NCBI GenBank assembly: GCA_903894155.1
Contig: CAITPF010000475.1
Span: 7,236 to 71,235 of the forward strand
Length of the DNA stretch: 64,000 nucleotides
Direction of reading: 5' to 3'
Source of the DNA: an uncultured beta proteobacterium
GTDB taxonomy: Bacteria; Pseudomonadota; Gammaproteobacteria; Burkholderiales; Burkholderiaceae_B
This document shows positions 29,160 to 39,567 of this stretch, piece after piece. Made by a program: the position numbers and the translations under genes. How positions within the stretch are numbered: the stretch's first letter is position 1; every line of letters starts with the position of its first letter. The notes beneath the pieces are model-generated. The model did not search any database and was not told where the DNA came from. It worked only from the letters and a program-made list of their open reading frames with translations.

Positions 29160-30554
29160 TCAGGCTGTGGCATGCTGGCAAAGCGCCAGCAACGCCGAGA
29201 CGTTCGGCATGGTGTCCAGGCCTTCGATGGCACCGATCAGTGCATCGCAGCGCGCAGAACCCAACACGGGGGTCACCAGCGCACGGAACTTGCGCACCAG
29301 CTTTTCCCGCTGAGCCACCAGGTCGCTGGCGGGCGTTCCGGCATCGAACCCGATCCGCACGCTCGATCCATCCGACAGCTTCGCCGTGATGAAACTGTGC
29401 GCAATATTCACATCCGGAATAAAGGTGACGGTCGTGACCTCGCGCAGCCTGCCGATGCGGTCATCGGAAAGGGATCCTTCGCCGTACGCGTTGGCGGCGG
29501 ATGTGTCGTGACCGACCAGCGCCATGCCGACGGTGTGGCGCATGCTGAAGCGTGCCTCGGCCGAAGAAACGGGGTGCGCAATATTGCAGGTCTTGTCATT
29601 GTCCGGAGCGACTTCCAGAAGCAACGTTTCGATCAACGCGACCCGGTCGCCAAGCGCTTCGCGCAGCTCGAGCGCGGCTTCGATGACGCCGTGCGTGCCA
29701 TAACAGGCGGCATGGTATTTGAAGAGATTGTCATGCAGGTGCCGGCCGGCGGCGGGACGCCAGCGTGCCATCGAGGGATCGAACGTGGGCGTGTGTGTGT
29801 CGGCGAAACCCTGGCGGCATTCAATGCCATCACCCCGTGCGAAGAACCCTGCGGCCGCGAGCTCCGCGGCGAGCACGCCGTTTTCGCACGCCCGGCCGGC
29901 ATGGAAAGGCTTGGCCATGGTTCCGAAAAGCCCCTTGAGACCCGAGGCCGTCGTGGCGGCAATCGACAGCGCATGCGCGGTTGATTCGGCATCCAGCCCG
30001 AGCAGGCGTGCGCAAGCCGCCGCGGCACCGAACGTGCCGCTGGTGCCGGTCGAGTGAAATCCCAGGTCATAGTGCCCGGGCGCGAGCATCGCACCGACAC
30101 TGCAACCCGCCTCATAGCCCGCCGCAAAGGCCGTGATGAGGTCCCTGCCGCTCGCCCCGCGCGCGTCGGCGAGCGCCAGCACTGCCGGCAGTACTGCGGC
30201 AGACACGTGCCCTGGCATGGTCAGATTACAGTCGTCATAGTCCAGCGCGTGCGAGGCCGTGCCGTTGACCAGCGCCGCCTGCCGCACCGAAACGCGGCCG
30301 CTGTGGCACACAAGGCTGGCCACCGGGTGGCTGCCTTCGCGCAGGCAGAAATCGCGCACGATGCGCGTGACCTCCTCGTCGGCGCCGGCGATCGAGACGC
30401 CCAGCGTGTCGAGAATGCACTGGCGAACAAGTTCCCGCGCATCAGCGGTAAGGTCCTCATAGCCGAGCTGCGCGGCGTCGGCGGCCACCTGACGCGTGGC
30501 CCCCAACGCTGCGGCTTGCTGAAGTAATCCGGCTTTCGGTGTGATGTCGTTCAT
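29160..30554 (-). CDS. MmgE/PrpD family protein
   Basis: NGTASHALDYDD, GFHST, KPFHAG, FKYHAACYGTH. Confidence 0.9.
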   Translation of the reverse strand: MNDITPKAGLLQQAAALGATRQVAADAAQLGYEDLTADARELVRQCILDTLGVSIAGADEEVTRIVRDFCLREGSHPVASLVCHSGRVSVRQAALVNGTASHALDYDDCNLTMPGHVSAAVLPAVLALADARGASGRDLITAFAAGYEAGCSVGAMLAPGHYDLGFHSTGTSGTFGAAAACARLLGLDAESTAHALSIAATTASGLKGLFGTMAKPFHAGRACENGVLAAELAAAGFFARGDGIECRQGFADTHTPTFDPSMARWRPAAGRHLHDNLFKYHAACYGTHGVIEAALELREALGDRVALIETLLLEVAPDNDKTCNIAHPVSSAEARFSMRHTVGMALVGHDTSAANAYGEGSLSDDRIGRLREVTTVTFIPDVNIAHSFITAKLSDGSSVRIGFDAGTPASDLVAQREKLVRKFRALVTPVLGSARCDALIGAIEGLDTMPNVSALLALCQHATA

Positions 30555-30568
30555 GGTGTGTCTCCCAA

Positions 30569-31858
30569 TCAAGCGTGTTTTATCAGAAAGGCGGCGAGTA
30601 ATCGCGCGCCCGATGCAAAGTCAGCGGGATCCATCGCTTCGTCCCGGTTGTGGCTGCCATGGTCGTTGCGCACGAAGATCATGGCGGAGGGAATTCCGGC
30701 CAGCGCGAAATTCGCGGCATCGTGCCCCGCGCCGCTTGCCAGCGTCATCGACGCGATTCCCTGCGTTGCAGCCAGCGCGCGCAGGTCGTCCTGCAAGGCC
30801 GCGTCCATCCGCGCCGGGGATCCGATGTCGAGCGCGCCGAGCGCGAACCGAACGCCCCGTCGCGCACCAATCGCGAGCGCTGTTTGTTCGAGAAACCCGC
30901 GCGCCTGCGACAAAAGCGCCGCGTCCTCGCTGCGCACATCGATCGTGAACTGAACCTCGCCCGGAACCTTGGTCAGGCTATGGCGCGCGGGGTCAGTCAT
31001 GAAGCGTCCCAGCGTGCAGACAACATCCCTGCCCCCGGCCAGCCAGTCGCCCCATTGCGCCTCCAGTGCCACCGCGAGCTCCGCCGCGGCCAGCAGCGCA
31101 TCATGACGATATTCGCGCGGCACGGCGCCAGAGTGGGCATAAGTGCCCTCGCAGCGCGCATTGCGCGCGCGCAGTGTCCCGCGGATACCGCTGACGATCC
31201 CGACGGGCAACCGGCGTTCGACGAGCACGGGCCCCTGTTCGATATGCAACTCGACGAACGCCGAAACCCGGGCCCGATCGAGCAGCCCCCGTCCAAGCGC
31301 GATCTGGTCAGGATTAAAGCCTGCGTCGGCGAGAATGTCGTACAGGACTCTACCGTCTGCCAGTGAGCGCGCCTCGCGCAGCTCTTGCTGCGATAACTGC
31401 CCGAGCATGGCGCGGCTGCCGAAATGACTTTTGTGTGGCCCGGAAAACCAGCTGCTGCCTTCCTCGGCCCGAAACGCCACGACGGCAAGGTCAGCGCGCG
31501 GCACGACCCCCGCACTGCGCATCGCGTGCACGACCGCCAGCCCCGCCACTACGCCGGCCGCACCGTCATAATTGCCGCCGTCGGGGACAGCATCCAGGTG
31601 CGACCCGGTCATCCAGCCAGGCGCCTGGCGATCCGAGCCCGGCAGTGTCATGATGAGGTTGCCGGCACCATCCACGCGAACTTCCAGATCGAGCTCGCGC
31701 GCAGCCTGCGCCATCAGGTCGTGCGCCCGCTGCTCGCCCTCGCCATAACAAGGGCGCAGGATCGATCCGTCAACCGTGGTGACCTTCCTGAGCAGATCAA
31801 GGAGTGCCGCACCATACGCGGCGCTCTGGTTCCAGCCGGCAAGCGCTTGGACGGCCAT
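30569..31858 (-). CDS. Zn-dependent M20 hydrolase (N-carbamoyl-amino acid/allantoate amidohydrolase family)
   Basis: GSHLDAVPDGGNYDG, AEE, ELHIEQGP, HSG, SGAGHDA, SHN..E. Confidence 0.9.
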   Translation of the reverse strand: MAVQALAGWNQSAAYGAALLDLLRKVTTVDGSILRPCYGEGEQRAHDLMAQAARELDLEVRVDGAGNLIMTLPGSDRQAPGWMTGSHLDAVPDGGNYDGAAGVVAGLAVVHAMRSAGVVPRADLAVVAFRAEEGSSWFSGPHKSHFGSRAMLGQLSQQELREARSLADGRVLYDILADAGFNPDQIALGRGLLDRARVSAFVELHIEQGPVLVERRLPVGIVSGIRGTLRARNARCEGTYAHSGAVPREYRHDALLAAAELAVALEAQWGDWLAGGRDVVCTLGRFMTDPARHSLTKVPGEVQFTIDVRSEDAALLSQARGFLEQTALAIGARRGVRFALGALDIGSPARMDAALQDDLRALAATQGIASMTLASGAGHDAANFALAGIPSAMIFVRNDHGSHNRDEAMDPADFASGARLLAAFLIKHA

Positions 31859-31859
31859 G

Positions 31860-32741
31860 TCAGATACAGGCTCCGGACTGCACGTAGTGCCGCGCGATTT
31901 CGCTGCCCGTGGCGAACCACACCTGATCATGACTCTTGATGTACTTGAGCGCCGACTCCAGGCCCTTGATCCGGTGCGGCACGCCGATAATGAACGGGTG
32001 CAGGCAAATGGCCATCACCCGCCCGTTCTGCGCACCCTCCTCGTAAAGCACGTCGAACTGCTTGCGGATCAACGCCTCGAAATCATCGATCGATCCATTG
32101 CGGTAGTAGATGAACGGCGAGTCGTTGACTTCGTAGGAGTAGGGAACCGACACGATCTTCCGGTCGTTCACGGTCATCATGTAGGGCTGGTCGTCGTTCA
32201 CCCAGTCAGCAACGTACTCGAATCCCTCGTCGATCAGGTAATCCAGCGTATGCCAGGTCTCGGCGAGCGCCGCGCCAAGCCAGCCGACGGGTCGCGTGCC
32301 TGCCGTTTCCGCGATCTGCGCGACACAGTTGCGGATCGTCTTCAACTCGGTCTCCGGATCCATCTCCGTCAACCGACGGGTGTTGGTCTCGTTGTGGCCC
32401 AGAAACTCCCATCCAAGCTCAACCCCCGCCTTCACGATTTGCGGATGATGAAGACAGACGTCCGAATTCAGTGTCGCTGACGCACGGATGCCGAGCTTGC
32501 TCATGACATCCATGATGCGCCAGATGCCCACGCGGTTGCCGTAGTCGCGCTGGCCCCAGGGCCGCACAGTTGGCGCCTTGCCCTTGGCCTCGAACGCGTG
32601 CCCGGCCAGCCCATGCGTGAGCGGGAAAAACTCGATGTTCGGAATCACCCACACGGCGACGCGTGCATTGCCGGGCCAGGTAAGCTTGGGGCGCTGGTTG
32701 ATGGGAACGTAGGGGAACGGGCCGTAATCGGAAATTTCCAT
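31860..32741 (-). CDS. Polysaccharide deacetylase-fold protein (PuuE allantoinase-like)
   Basis: WPGNARVAV, DYGNRVGIWR, WEFLGH, DDQPY, ICLHPFIIG.PHR. Confidence 0.85.
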   Translation of the reverse strand: MEISDYGPFPYVPINQRPKLTWPGNARVAVWVIPNIEFFPLTHGLAGHAFEAKGKAPTVRPWGQRDYGNRVGIWRIMDVMSKLGIRASATLNSDVCLHHPQIVKAGVELGWEFLGHNETNTRRLTEMDPETELKTIRNCVAQIAETAGTRPVGWLGAALAETWHTLDYLIDEGFEYVADWVNDDQPYMMTVNDRKIVSVPYSYEVNDSPFIYYRNGSIDDFEALIRKQFDVLYEEGAQNGRVMAICLHPFIIGVPHRIKGLESALKYIKSHDQVWFATGSEIARHYVQSGACI

Positions 32742-32776
32742 GATTTGAGTCTCTTGTGTCAGCAACGTTGAAATCT

Positions 32777-33781
32777 TCAATCCACCTTGGCGCCTGAATC
32801 CTGCACGACCTTGGCCCAGCGCACGATATCGGCCCTGAGTACCTTGTCGAACGCCTCAGGCGTGGAGCCGACAGGCGCCACGCCCAGCACGGCCATCTGC
32901 TTGCGCACATCTTCCTGCTTGACGAACGCTGCGATCGCCGCGCTGAGTTTCTGAACGATGGGCGCAGGCGTACCGGCGGGTGCAAAGACGCCGAACCAGC
33001 CAACCGCGTCGAATCCCGGAACCGTCTCGGCGATCGATGGCACATCCGGATAGGCAGGCGAGCGCTGCGGTGACGAAATGCCGAGGATGCGCACATTGCC
33101 CGCCTGAATATGCGGGTAGGCCGCCGCGATGTCGGCGAACGTCACCTGCACCCGGCCGGCAATCAGGTCGGGGAAAACCACGCCAGTCCCCTTGTAGGGT
33201 GCGTGCACGAACTTGGTGCCGGTCATCAACTGGAACAACTCGCCGGTCAGGTGCGGCATGCCGCCGTTACCGGAGGAGGCCATGGTCAGTTCGCCCGGCT
33301 TGCTCTTGGCGAGAGCGATGAACTCCTGCACCGTCTTCACGGGGAGATCCTTGCTGACCAGCATCAGATAGGGCGATTCACCGACCAGGCTCACCGGAGT
33401 GAAGTCCTTGATGGGATCGTAGGCAAGGTTCTTGAACAGAGCCGGGTTGATCGCATGGGCGCCGGTTCCGCTGGTAATCAGGGTATAGCCATCCGGGGGT
33501 GATTTGGCCACCACGGTCGTACCGACCGCGCCGCCCCCGCCCGCCCGATTTTCGACGACCACGGTGACGCCCAGCGCGTCCATAATTCCCTTGGCCGCGA
33601 GCCGCCCGAGAATGTCGGTACCTCCGCCCGGCGCAAAGGCAACGATCATTCTGATCGGTTGACTCGGATATTCATCAGCAATCACGGTGGCGCTTGCGCC
33701 CAGGCCGCAAGCTGCCACGAGCCCCACGACAGCTGCGCGCAATACGCTGCGCCGCTGTGCGATACATAGGTGTGCCTTCAT
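32777..33781 (-). CDS. Bug/TctC substrate-binding protein
   Basis: YPSQPIRMIVAFAPGGGTD, PDGYTL, PYKG. Confidence 0.93.
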   Translation of the reverse strand: MKAHLCIAQRRSVLRAAVVGLVAACGLGASATVIADEYPSQPIRMIVAFAPGGGTDILGRLAAKGIMDALGVTVVVENRAGGGGAVGTTVVAKSPPDGYTLITSGTGAHAINPALFKNLAYDPIKDFTPVSLVGESPYLMLVSKDLPVKTVQEFIALAKSKPGELTMASSGNGGMPHLTGELFQLMTGTKFVHAPYKGTGVVFPDLIAGRVQVTFADIAAAYPHIQAGNVRILGISSPQRSPAYPDVPSIAETVPGFDAVGWFGVFAPAGTPAPIVQKLSAAIAAFVKQEDVRKQMAVLGVAPVGSTPEAFDKVLRADIVRWAKVVQDSGAKVD

Positions 33782-33842
33782 GATTCAGTTTCTCCGAAAA
33801 AATCGATCAGCCAGTTGCTCCGCAGGGCCCCATGGCACAAGC

Positions 33843-35015
33843 TCAGTCTGGCGCACGGCGAAAATCCCCAAGCACCGTTGCGGCCGCGTCGACATCATCC
33901 GCGTTGTTATAGAAGTGCAGCGAAAACCGCAGGTAGCGGCCACGCAGCGCGGCGATCACATTGCGCGACTTCATGAACGCGTAGAGCCTGTCAGGCTGTG
34001 ACTTGGTCGCGGGCTGGGAAACATCCACACAGACGATATTCGCGAGCGTCGCTGCCTCGTGCATCATTGGCTCTATCCCCTGGGCGCGCAGCGCAGCGAC
34101 CAGGCGTGCCGCAAGCGAGGACACGTGCGCATCGATCGCATGGGTTCCCTGCTCCAGGATGATGGCCATGGCGTGCGCCGTCAGATTGGCGGCCAGAAAG
34201 TTGTAATTCCCGACGTCAAATCGCAGCGCAGCGCGCCTGAACCGGATCGGGCCCGGATCGTAGTCGGCCTCATGCGTCTTTTCGATATCCACCCCGAAGC
34301 GCGCGAGTGCCGTTGGTGTCATGCGCTCGGCGACCGCCTCGCGCATGTAGAGAAAGCCCATGCCGTAGAGCGAACACAGGCCCTTCTGCGTGCTGGCCGC
34401 CAGCATGTCGATATGCTGGGCAGCGACGTCGACGTGCGTGATACCGACCGTCTGCGCGGCATCGACCACAAGCAGCGCACCGTGCGCGCGACACGCGCGC
34501 CCGATGCGCTCAAGATCAGTGCGGAACCCCGGCCGGAACGTCGTTGCCGATAGCGCGACGACACGCACCTTCGGCGCCAGGCGGGCGATCATCGCATCGA
34601 TTGGCATGACGCCCAGGACATCCGGGATATCGACGACGCGCACGCCCAGACGCTCGAGATTTCGCCAGGGATAGAGGTTGTTCGGGTGTTCGAGCGTTGA
34701 ACAGACGATCACCTCATCACCCGGCTGCCATTCGATCGCCGTGGCAATGATGTTCAACCCTTCGGACACGTTCTTGGTGATCGCCACCTCGGCCGCCCCT
34801 GCACCGATAAGCTGGGCAAAGCGGCTGCGGGCGAGCTCCACAAGCTCGAAATACCGCGCCTTATCCGCGCGGCCCAAGACGCGGGCCATGAGGTGCTCCT
34901 GCGCCACGGCCAGGGAGGACTCGGGCAGCAACCCGCGGCTCGCGACATCGAGATACGCCGACTGTCCGGCCCCCGGAAACAGTTTGCGAACCGCCAGCGA
35001 AACGTCTTGGGTCAT
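33843..35015 (-). CDS. Class V PLP-dependent aminotransferase/cysteine desulfurase-like
   Basis: YLDVAS.G, EHPNN, VDAAQ, STQKGL (PLP lysine), RFSLHFYN. Confidence 0.88.
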   Translation of the reverse strand: MTQDVSLAVRKLFPGAGQSAYLDVASRGLLPESSLAVAQEHLMARVLGRADKARYFELVELARSRFAQLIGAGAAEVAITKNVSEGLNIIATAIEWQPGDEVIVCSTLEHPNNLYPWRNLERLGVRVVDIPDVLGVMPIDAMIARLAPKVRVVALSATTFRPGFRTDLERIGRACRAHGALLVVDAAQTVGITHVDVAAQHIDMLAASTQKGLCSLYGMGFLYMREAVAERMTPTALARFGVDIEKTHEADYDPGPIRFRRAALRFDVGNYNFLAANLTAHAMAIILEQGTHAIDAHVSSLAARLVAALRAQGIEPMMHEAATLANIVCVDVSQPATKSQPDRLYAFMKSRNVIAALRGRYLRFSLHFYNNADDVDAAATVLGDFRRAPD

Positions 35016-35043
35016 GAATGGCCTCTGTTGAAGTAAATGTTTT

Positions 35044-35718
35044 TCATGCGCGGCTCACCAGGATCCGGGATTCGAAACGGCTGAGCAGTCGCACCAGCGG
35101 CCACATCAGCAAAAAGTAAATCACAGCCGCGGCGAACAGCGGCGTCGGGTTGTAGGTGCTGCCCTGCGCCAGCCGGGCCATGCGCAGCAGATCCGGCAAA
35201 GCCACGACGCTTGCGAGCGCGGTCATCTTCATGACCTCGAGCGTGTTGCTGACCAGGTCCGGCAATACGTTGCGCAACGCCTGGGGAATGACAACATGGA
35301 CGAGCGCCTGCAAACGGGTCAACCCCGTCGACCGCGCTGCTTCGGTCTGGCCTCGCCCGATGCTCTCGATTCCCGCGCGAAATATTTCCCCATAGTATGC
35401 CGAAGTATTGAGCAGGAAAGCCAGCGCGACCGCCGCGACCCCCGGGATGTTCACGCCCAGCATCGGCAGCGCGTAGTACACAAAAATCAGCAGTACCAGC
35501 GGGGGAAAGGCGCGGAAGAAGTCGATGTAGATCATCAGCAGGATGTTGAGCCAGCGCAGACCAAGCTTGCCAAGCAACGCGACGGCGAGCCCGCCGCACA
35601 ATCCAAGCGGCACGACCAGCAGGCACAACTCGACGGTCATCCAGAAGCCCTGGAGCAGGTAGGGCCAGGACTCACGCAGGACTTCGGGATTGGCGAAGTT
35701 CTCGATCAGTTCATGCAT
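35044..35718 (-). CDS. Polar amino acid ABC transporter permease
   Basis: FFRAFPPLV, AYYGEIFRAGI..I..GQ.EAA. Confidence 0.9.
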   Translation of the reverse strand: MHELIENFANPEVLRESWPYLLQGFWMTVELCLLVVPLGLCGGLAVALLGKLGLRWLNILLMIYIDFFRAFPPLVLLIFVYYALPMLGVNIPGVAAVALAFLLNTSAYYGEIFRAGIESIGRGQTEAARSTGLTRLQALVHVVIPQALRNVLPDLVSNTLEVMKMTALASVVALPDLLRMARLAQGSTYNPTPLFAAAVIYFLLMWPLVRLLSRFESRILVSRA

Positions 35719-35745
35719 GCGCGGCTCCGCGCGCCTGGAACGCCA

Positions 35746-36420
35746 TCAGCGTCTCCACGCAAAGCGCCGCTCGACCCAGCGGCTGAAAACGACGAGCGGA
35801 ACGAAAATCGCCAGGTAGGCAAATGCCGCCATGGTGATCGGCGTGGTATTGGCGCTATAGGCCTGCGCGGTCGCTGCGTTCGCAAGGATCTCCTCGACCG
35901 CGACAACGGAGGCGATCGCGGTCATCTTGGTGATCGCGATGGTGCGATTCGTGAGCGACGGAATGGTCATGCGCACGGCCTGAGGCAGGACGACGAAACC
36001 CAGGGTCTGCAGGTAGGTCAGCCCGGTGGACCGGGACGCTTCCCACTGACCCTTGTCCACGGACAGGATCCCGGCCCAGAAGGTCTCTTCGGCGAAGGCC
36101 GCCAGCGAGAACGCCAGGGTCGCCCATGTGGCGACGAAGCCGCTGATTTCGATATCGACGAACGGCAGGGCGAAATAGACCAGCACCAGGGTCACGAGCG
36201 GCGGCAATGCGCGAAGGACGTCGGCGAACGCGATGATCAGCCAGGTAAAAGGACGGATTTGCAGTGCCCGCAGGATCGCGAGGCCAAGACCCAGCAGCAG
36301 GCCGCTCACGACGATGAGCACGCCGAGTTCGATCGTCACCACCGCGCCCCGCAGGATATCGGGCCAGTACCGGGCGGCGATCACCGGGTTGAAGAAATTT
36401 TCGACGATCGTCGATGACAT
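35746..36420 (-). CDS. Polar amino acid ABC transporter permease
   Basis: LRALPPLV, GQWEASRS, LPQA. Confidence 0.9.
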   Translation of the reverse strand: MSSTIVENFFNPVIAARYWPDILRGAVVTIELGVLIVVSGLLLGLGLAILRALQIRPFTWLIIAFADVLRALPPLVTLVLVYFALPFVDIEISGFVATWATLAFSLAAFAEETFWAGILSVDKGQWEASRSTGLTYLQTLGFVVLPQAVRMTIPSLTNRTIAITKMTAIASVVAVEEILANAATAQAYSANTTPITMAAFAYLAIFVPLVVFSRWVERRFAWRR

Positions 36421-36428
36421 GGCCTGCC

Positions 36429-37256
36429 CTAGTGCCCGTCGACCGCGCGCAGGAACTCGCGCGTACGGTCGGCCGCAGGGCTTGTGAACAGGATCTCTGG
36501 CGGCCCCTGCTCGATGATGCGCCCGCCATCCATAAAGATCACGCGGTCCGCTGCCTCGCGCGCAAAGCGCATCTCGTGACTGACCACCACCATCGTCATG
36601 CCCATCGTGCGCAAGTCGCGCATCACCGCCAGCACGCTGCCGACAAGCTCCGGGTCGAGCGCGCTGGTCGGCTCGTCGAACAGCATGATCTTCGGCGAAA
36701 GCGCAAGCGCGCGGGCGATCGCCACGCGTTGCTGCTGACCGCCAGAGAGTTGCGACGGAAAAGCGTTCTCCTTGTGAAGCAACCCGACCTGATCGAGCGC
36801 ACGGCGCGCCCGCGTATCGGCGGCTTCCTGCGACATGCCCTGCACCCGACGCAGCGCGAGCGTCACGTTGCCGCGCGCGGTCATGTGCGGATACAAATTG
36901 AATGACTGGAACACCATGCCGATCTTCTGCCGGATGGCGTTGAGGTTCACGCCCGGCGCCCCGATATCGACGCCCTCGACCAGCACGCGGCCTGAGTCAT
37001 ATTCCTCCAGGCGATTGCAGCAGCGCAGCAGCGTGCTCTTGCCGGAACCCGAGGGCCCGATGATGAAGACGAGTTCTTCGGGCTGCACCGAGAGATCGAT
37101 ATCCTTCAATACGTGCAGCGCGCCGAAAGACTTGTTCAGACCGGCGACCTCCAGGATCGGCCGGGACGCCGCGTCCTGCGGCGCCCCGACGACCGTTGAT
37201 CCTTCAGGGAGGGAGATCACATCCGCGGCGCCGGCGTGACCAGCGCTCAATTGCAC
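36429..37256 (-). CDS. Polar amino acid ABC transporter ATPase (GlnQ-like; start uncertain)
   Basis: [33 protein letters not shown]. Confidence 0.92.
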   Translation of the reverse strand: MQLSAGHAGAADVISLPEGSTVVGAPQDAASRPILEVAGLNKSFGALHVLKDIDLSVQPEELVFIIGPSGSGKSTLLRCCNRLEEYDSGRVLVEGVDIGAPGVNLNAIRQKIGMVFQSFNLYPHMTARGNVTLALRRVQGMSQEAADTRARRALDQVGLLHKENAFPSQLSGGQQQRVAIARALALSPKIMLFDEPTSALDPELVGSVLAVMRDLRTMGMTMVVVSHEMRFAREAADRVIFMDGGRIIEQGPPEILFTSPAADRTREFLRAVDGH

Positions 37257-38128
37257 TTGGGGGTGTGTTCGGTCGGGTCAAAGCCGGGCATGCCGGGCTC
37301 GCCGTATCCGGGCTTGACTTGCCGCGCTACGGCGTTGGGGCCTGCCTCGACGCCGAGCCACTTGGCCTGCAAGCGCGCAATCGTCCCATCAAGCTTCATG
37401 CACTCGAGCGCTACCTCGATCTGGTTGCGCAACGCCGCGTCATCCTTGCGAAACACCATGCCCTTGTTCTGGCCGGATTCGATGATGAGCGATCCGACCA
37501 GGCGCGGGTTCTTCGTTGCGGTCCATGCCGTCGCCCCGGTGCTGGCAAGATTGGCGTAGGCACGCTTTGCGAGCACCGCCTGCACCGCATCCTCGTTCTT
37601 TGCGTAGCGCTCGACCTTCCAGCCGTACTGCTCGGCGCGATCCGTCACCCATTTGTCATACGTGTTGCCCTGATTGACCGCAATCACCTTGCCCTTGAGA
37701 TCTTCGAGCTTGGTGATGGGCGCCGATGACTTCAGGATCAGGAACCGGTAATCGTTCTCGTGATCGCCTTCGGTGAAGAGAACCGACTCGGCCCGCTCAG
37801 GGGTAATGACGGTCGACGCCATGATGAACTCAAACCGCTTGGCGTTGAGCCCGGCAAAAATACCCGACCACTGCTGATCGACGAGCTGGTAACCCGGACG
37901 TCCGATGCGCCGCGCAAGTTCCGCCAGGCGCTCAACGTCGAAGCCATCGTACGTGCCATCGGGCTTGGCGATGATGTATGGCGCGTTGCCGACGTCGGCT
38001 CCGGCGACAAGTGGTCCGGTTTCGGCACGGGTCTGAACGACGGAAAGGCTTGCAATGACCAGAGCGGCCAGCGCAACACGCGCCAGAATCCGGGCACGAA
38101 CGATCGGGGTGCAGCACAATGCGAACAT
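37247..38128 (-). CDS. Polar amino acid ABC substrate-binding protein
   Basis: [21 protein letters not shown]; signal peptide; RBS CAGGAG. Confidence 0.88.
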   Translation of the reverse strand: MFALCCTPIVRARILARVALAALVIASLSVVQTRAETGPLVAGADVGNAPYIIAKPDGTYDGFDVERLAELARRIGRPGYQLVDQQWSGIFAGLNAKRFEFIMASTVITPERAESVLFTEGDHENDYRFLILKSSAPITKLEDLKGKVIAVNQGNTYDKWVTDRAEQYGWKVERYAKNEDAVQAVLAKRAYANLASTGATAWTATKNPRLVGSLIIESGQNKGMVFRKDDAALRNQIEVALECMKLDGTIARLQAKWLGVEAGPNAVARQVKPGYGEPGMPGFDPTEHTPKCN

Positions 38129-38335
38129 CGGGAACTCCTGCTGGTTTTGGGCCATGACCGCAACGAGGCGCACCCGGGCACGGTGCGCACGACATCATTT
38201 TTTGTTATGGGACGAGTCCCTGTCAATACATCCTTGCGCATTTGCGGGCGGAATGCAAGACTTCCGGCAAGGTAACCTCTGCCTGGCGCATCGCATTCTG
38301 CGGCGTCAGCCCCAGATCCACGAAAGGGTGACGAC

Positions 38336-39310
38336 ATGCGCAGTTTTTCCCATCGCTGGCTTTCGCTGCTGCTCGCCCCGCTTTGGTGCATGAGTTGCGC
38401 ACCCGCCACAAGCGCCGATTTTCCGTCCCGCCCCATCGTCATCATCGTTCCCTTTGCCGCAGGCGGAAGCTCGGACGTGCTCGCGCGATTGATCGGGCAG
38501 CGCCTGGGCGAAAACCTCGGCGTATCGGTCGTGGTCGAGAATAAGCCCGGGGCTGGCGCCACCATTGGCACGGGGCTGGTTGCGAAGGCGCCAGGCGATG
38601 GCCATACAGCGCTCCTGGCCGATACGGCCCAGACAGTCGCGCCGGCGATGTACAAGTCGTTGCCCTACGACGCCGTGGGCGACTTCAAGGCCGCAGGCAT
38701 GGTGGGCACGAGTCCCGCCATGCTTTTCGCGGGCCCCAAGTCTGCGGCAAAGACGGTGGCCGATCTGCGCACCATCGCCCGCGACGATCCGGCCGGCCTG
38801 TCGATTGGCACCGGGGCGGGTACGGCAAGCCATCTGACGGCCGAATTGTTCCAGATCCGGTCAGGTATCCCCCTGAACATCGTCCCCTACAAGGGCGCTG
38901 CGCAAGCGATGACGGATGTGCTGTCCCGCAACATCGACCTCGTCTTCACCAATCCGGCCTCGGCGAGCCAGAACCTGAAGGCGGGCCTGATCCGCGCCAT
39001 CGGGACCTCGGGCGCGGCACGCGACCCGGGCTTTCCCGACACGCCGACCTTCCGGGAGCAGGGGGTCGACGGAATGGACGTTTCATACTGGTTCGCCGTG
39101 CTGCTCCCCGCCACGACACCAGAGGCAATCCGCCAGCGATGGGCCGCCGAACTCAGGCGCGTGCTCGCGGCACCCGACCTGACGCGCAAACTCGTCGATC
39201 TCGGTCTGACGCTGTCGGACATGACACCCGAACAGGTCGACCAGTTCCTCGCAAGCGATGCGGCCAAGTGGAGGCAAGTAGTTTCGACTGCGGGAATCAA
39301 ACCCGAATAG
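38336..39310 (+). CDS. Bug/TctC substrate-binding protein
   Basis: FPSRPIVIIVPFAAGGSSD, ENKPGAG, VPYKG. Confidence 0.92.
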   Translation: MRSFSHRWLSLLLAPLWCMSCAPATSADFPSRPIVIIVPFAAGGSSDVLARLIGQRLGENLGVSVVVENKPGAGATIGTGLVAKAPGDGHTALLADTAQTVAPAMYKSLPYDAVGDFKAAGMVGTSPAMLFAGPKSAAKTVADLRTIARDDPAGLSIGTGAGTASHLTAELFQIRSGIPLNIVPYKGAAQAMTDVLSRNIDLVFTNPASASQNLKAGLIRAIGTSGAARDPGFPDTPTFREQGVDGMDVSYWFAVLLPATTPEAIRQRWAAELRRVLAAPDLTRKLVDLGLTLSDMTPEQVDQFLASDAAKWRQVVSTAGIKPE

Positions 39311-39567
39311 GCGACGTGCCGTGCCGAGTGCAGAACATCAAACGACGCCTGCTCATGACGCGCCGCGTCAAGGGCAAACCCTAACGACTTCTGCCTTGAT
39401 TTCCTGATCGGGCAGTTTATGCTGAACCACCTCTGGGGACCGACCGGCAAAGACCGCGGCCCTGAAGCCGGGCGCACCAATTACCGCACATACTCTGTTA
39501 ACGACAAGCATGGTCGACTCAGGCGTGCGCCCGCCAACAACGAACGATAACGAGCAGACAGCAGCAA

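Noticed and set aside
27882-29984. 700-aa plus-strand ORF (also 21176-23029, 42140-43909, 54287-56095, 10869-12257)
   Set aside because: Antisense shadows of well-supported genes; Arg/Ala-rich with no motifs, typical of high-GC DNA.
39371-39382. AGGG-CAAA-CCCT palindrome upstream of the acyl-CoA synthetase
   Set aside because: Single 4-bp-arm occurrence; no regulator can be assigned.
39457-39480. GGTGCG..TTCAGGGC fragment on the minus strand, and similar fragments near 4580 and 51290
   Set aside because: Short partial matches without the conserved register.
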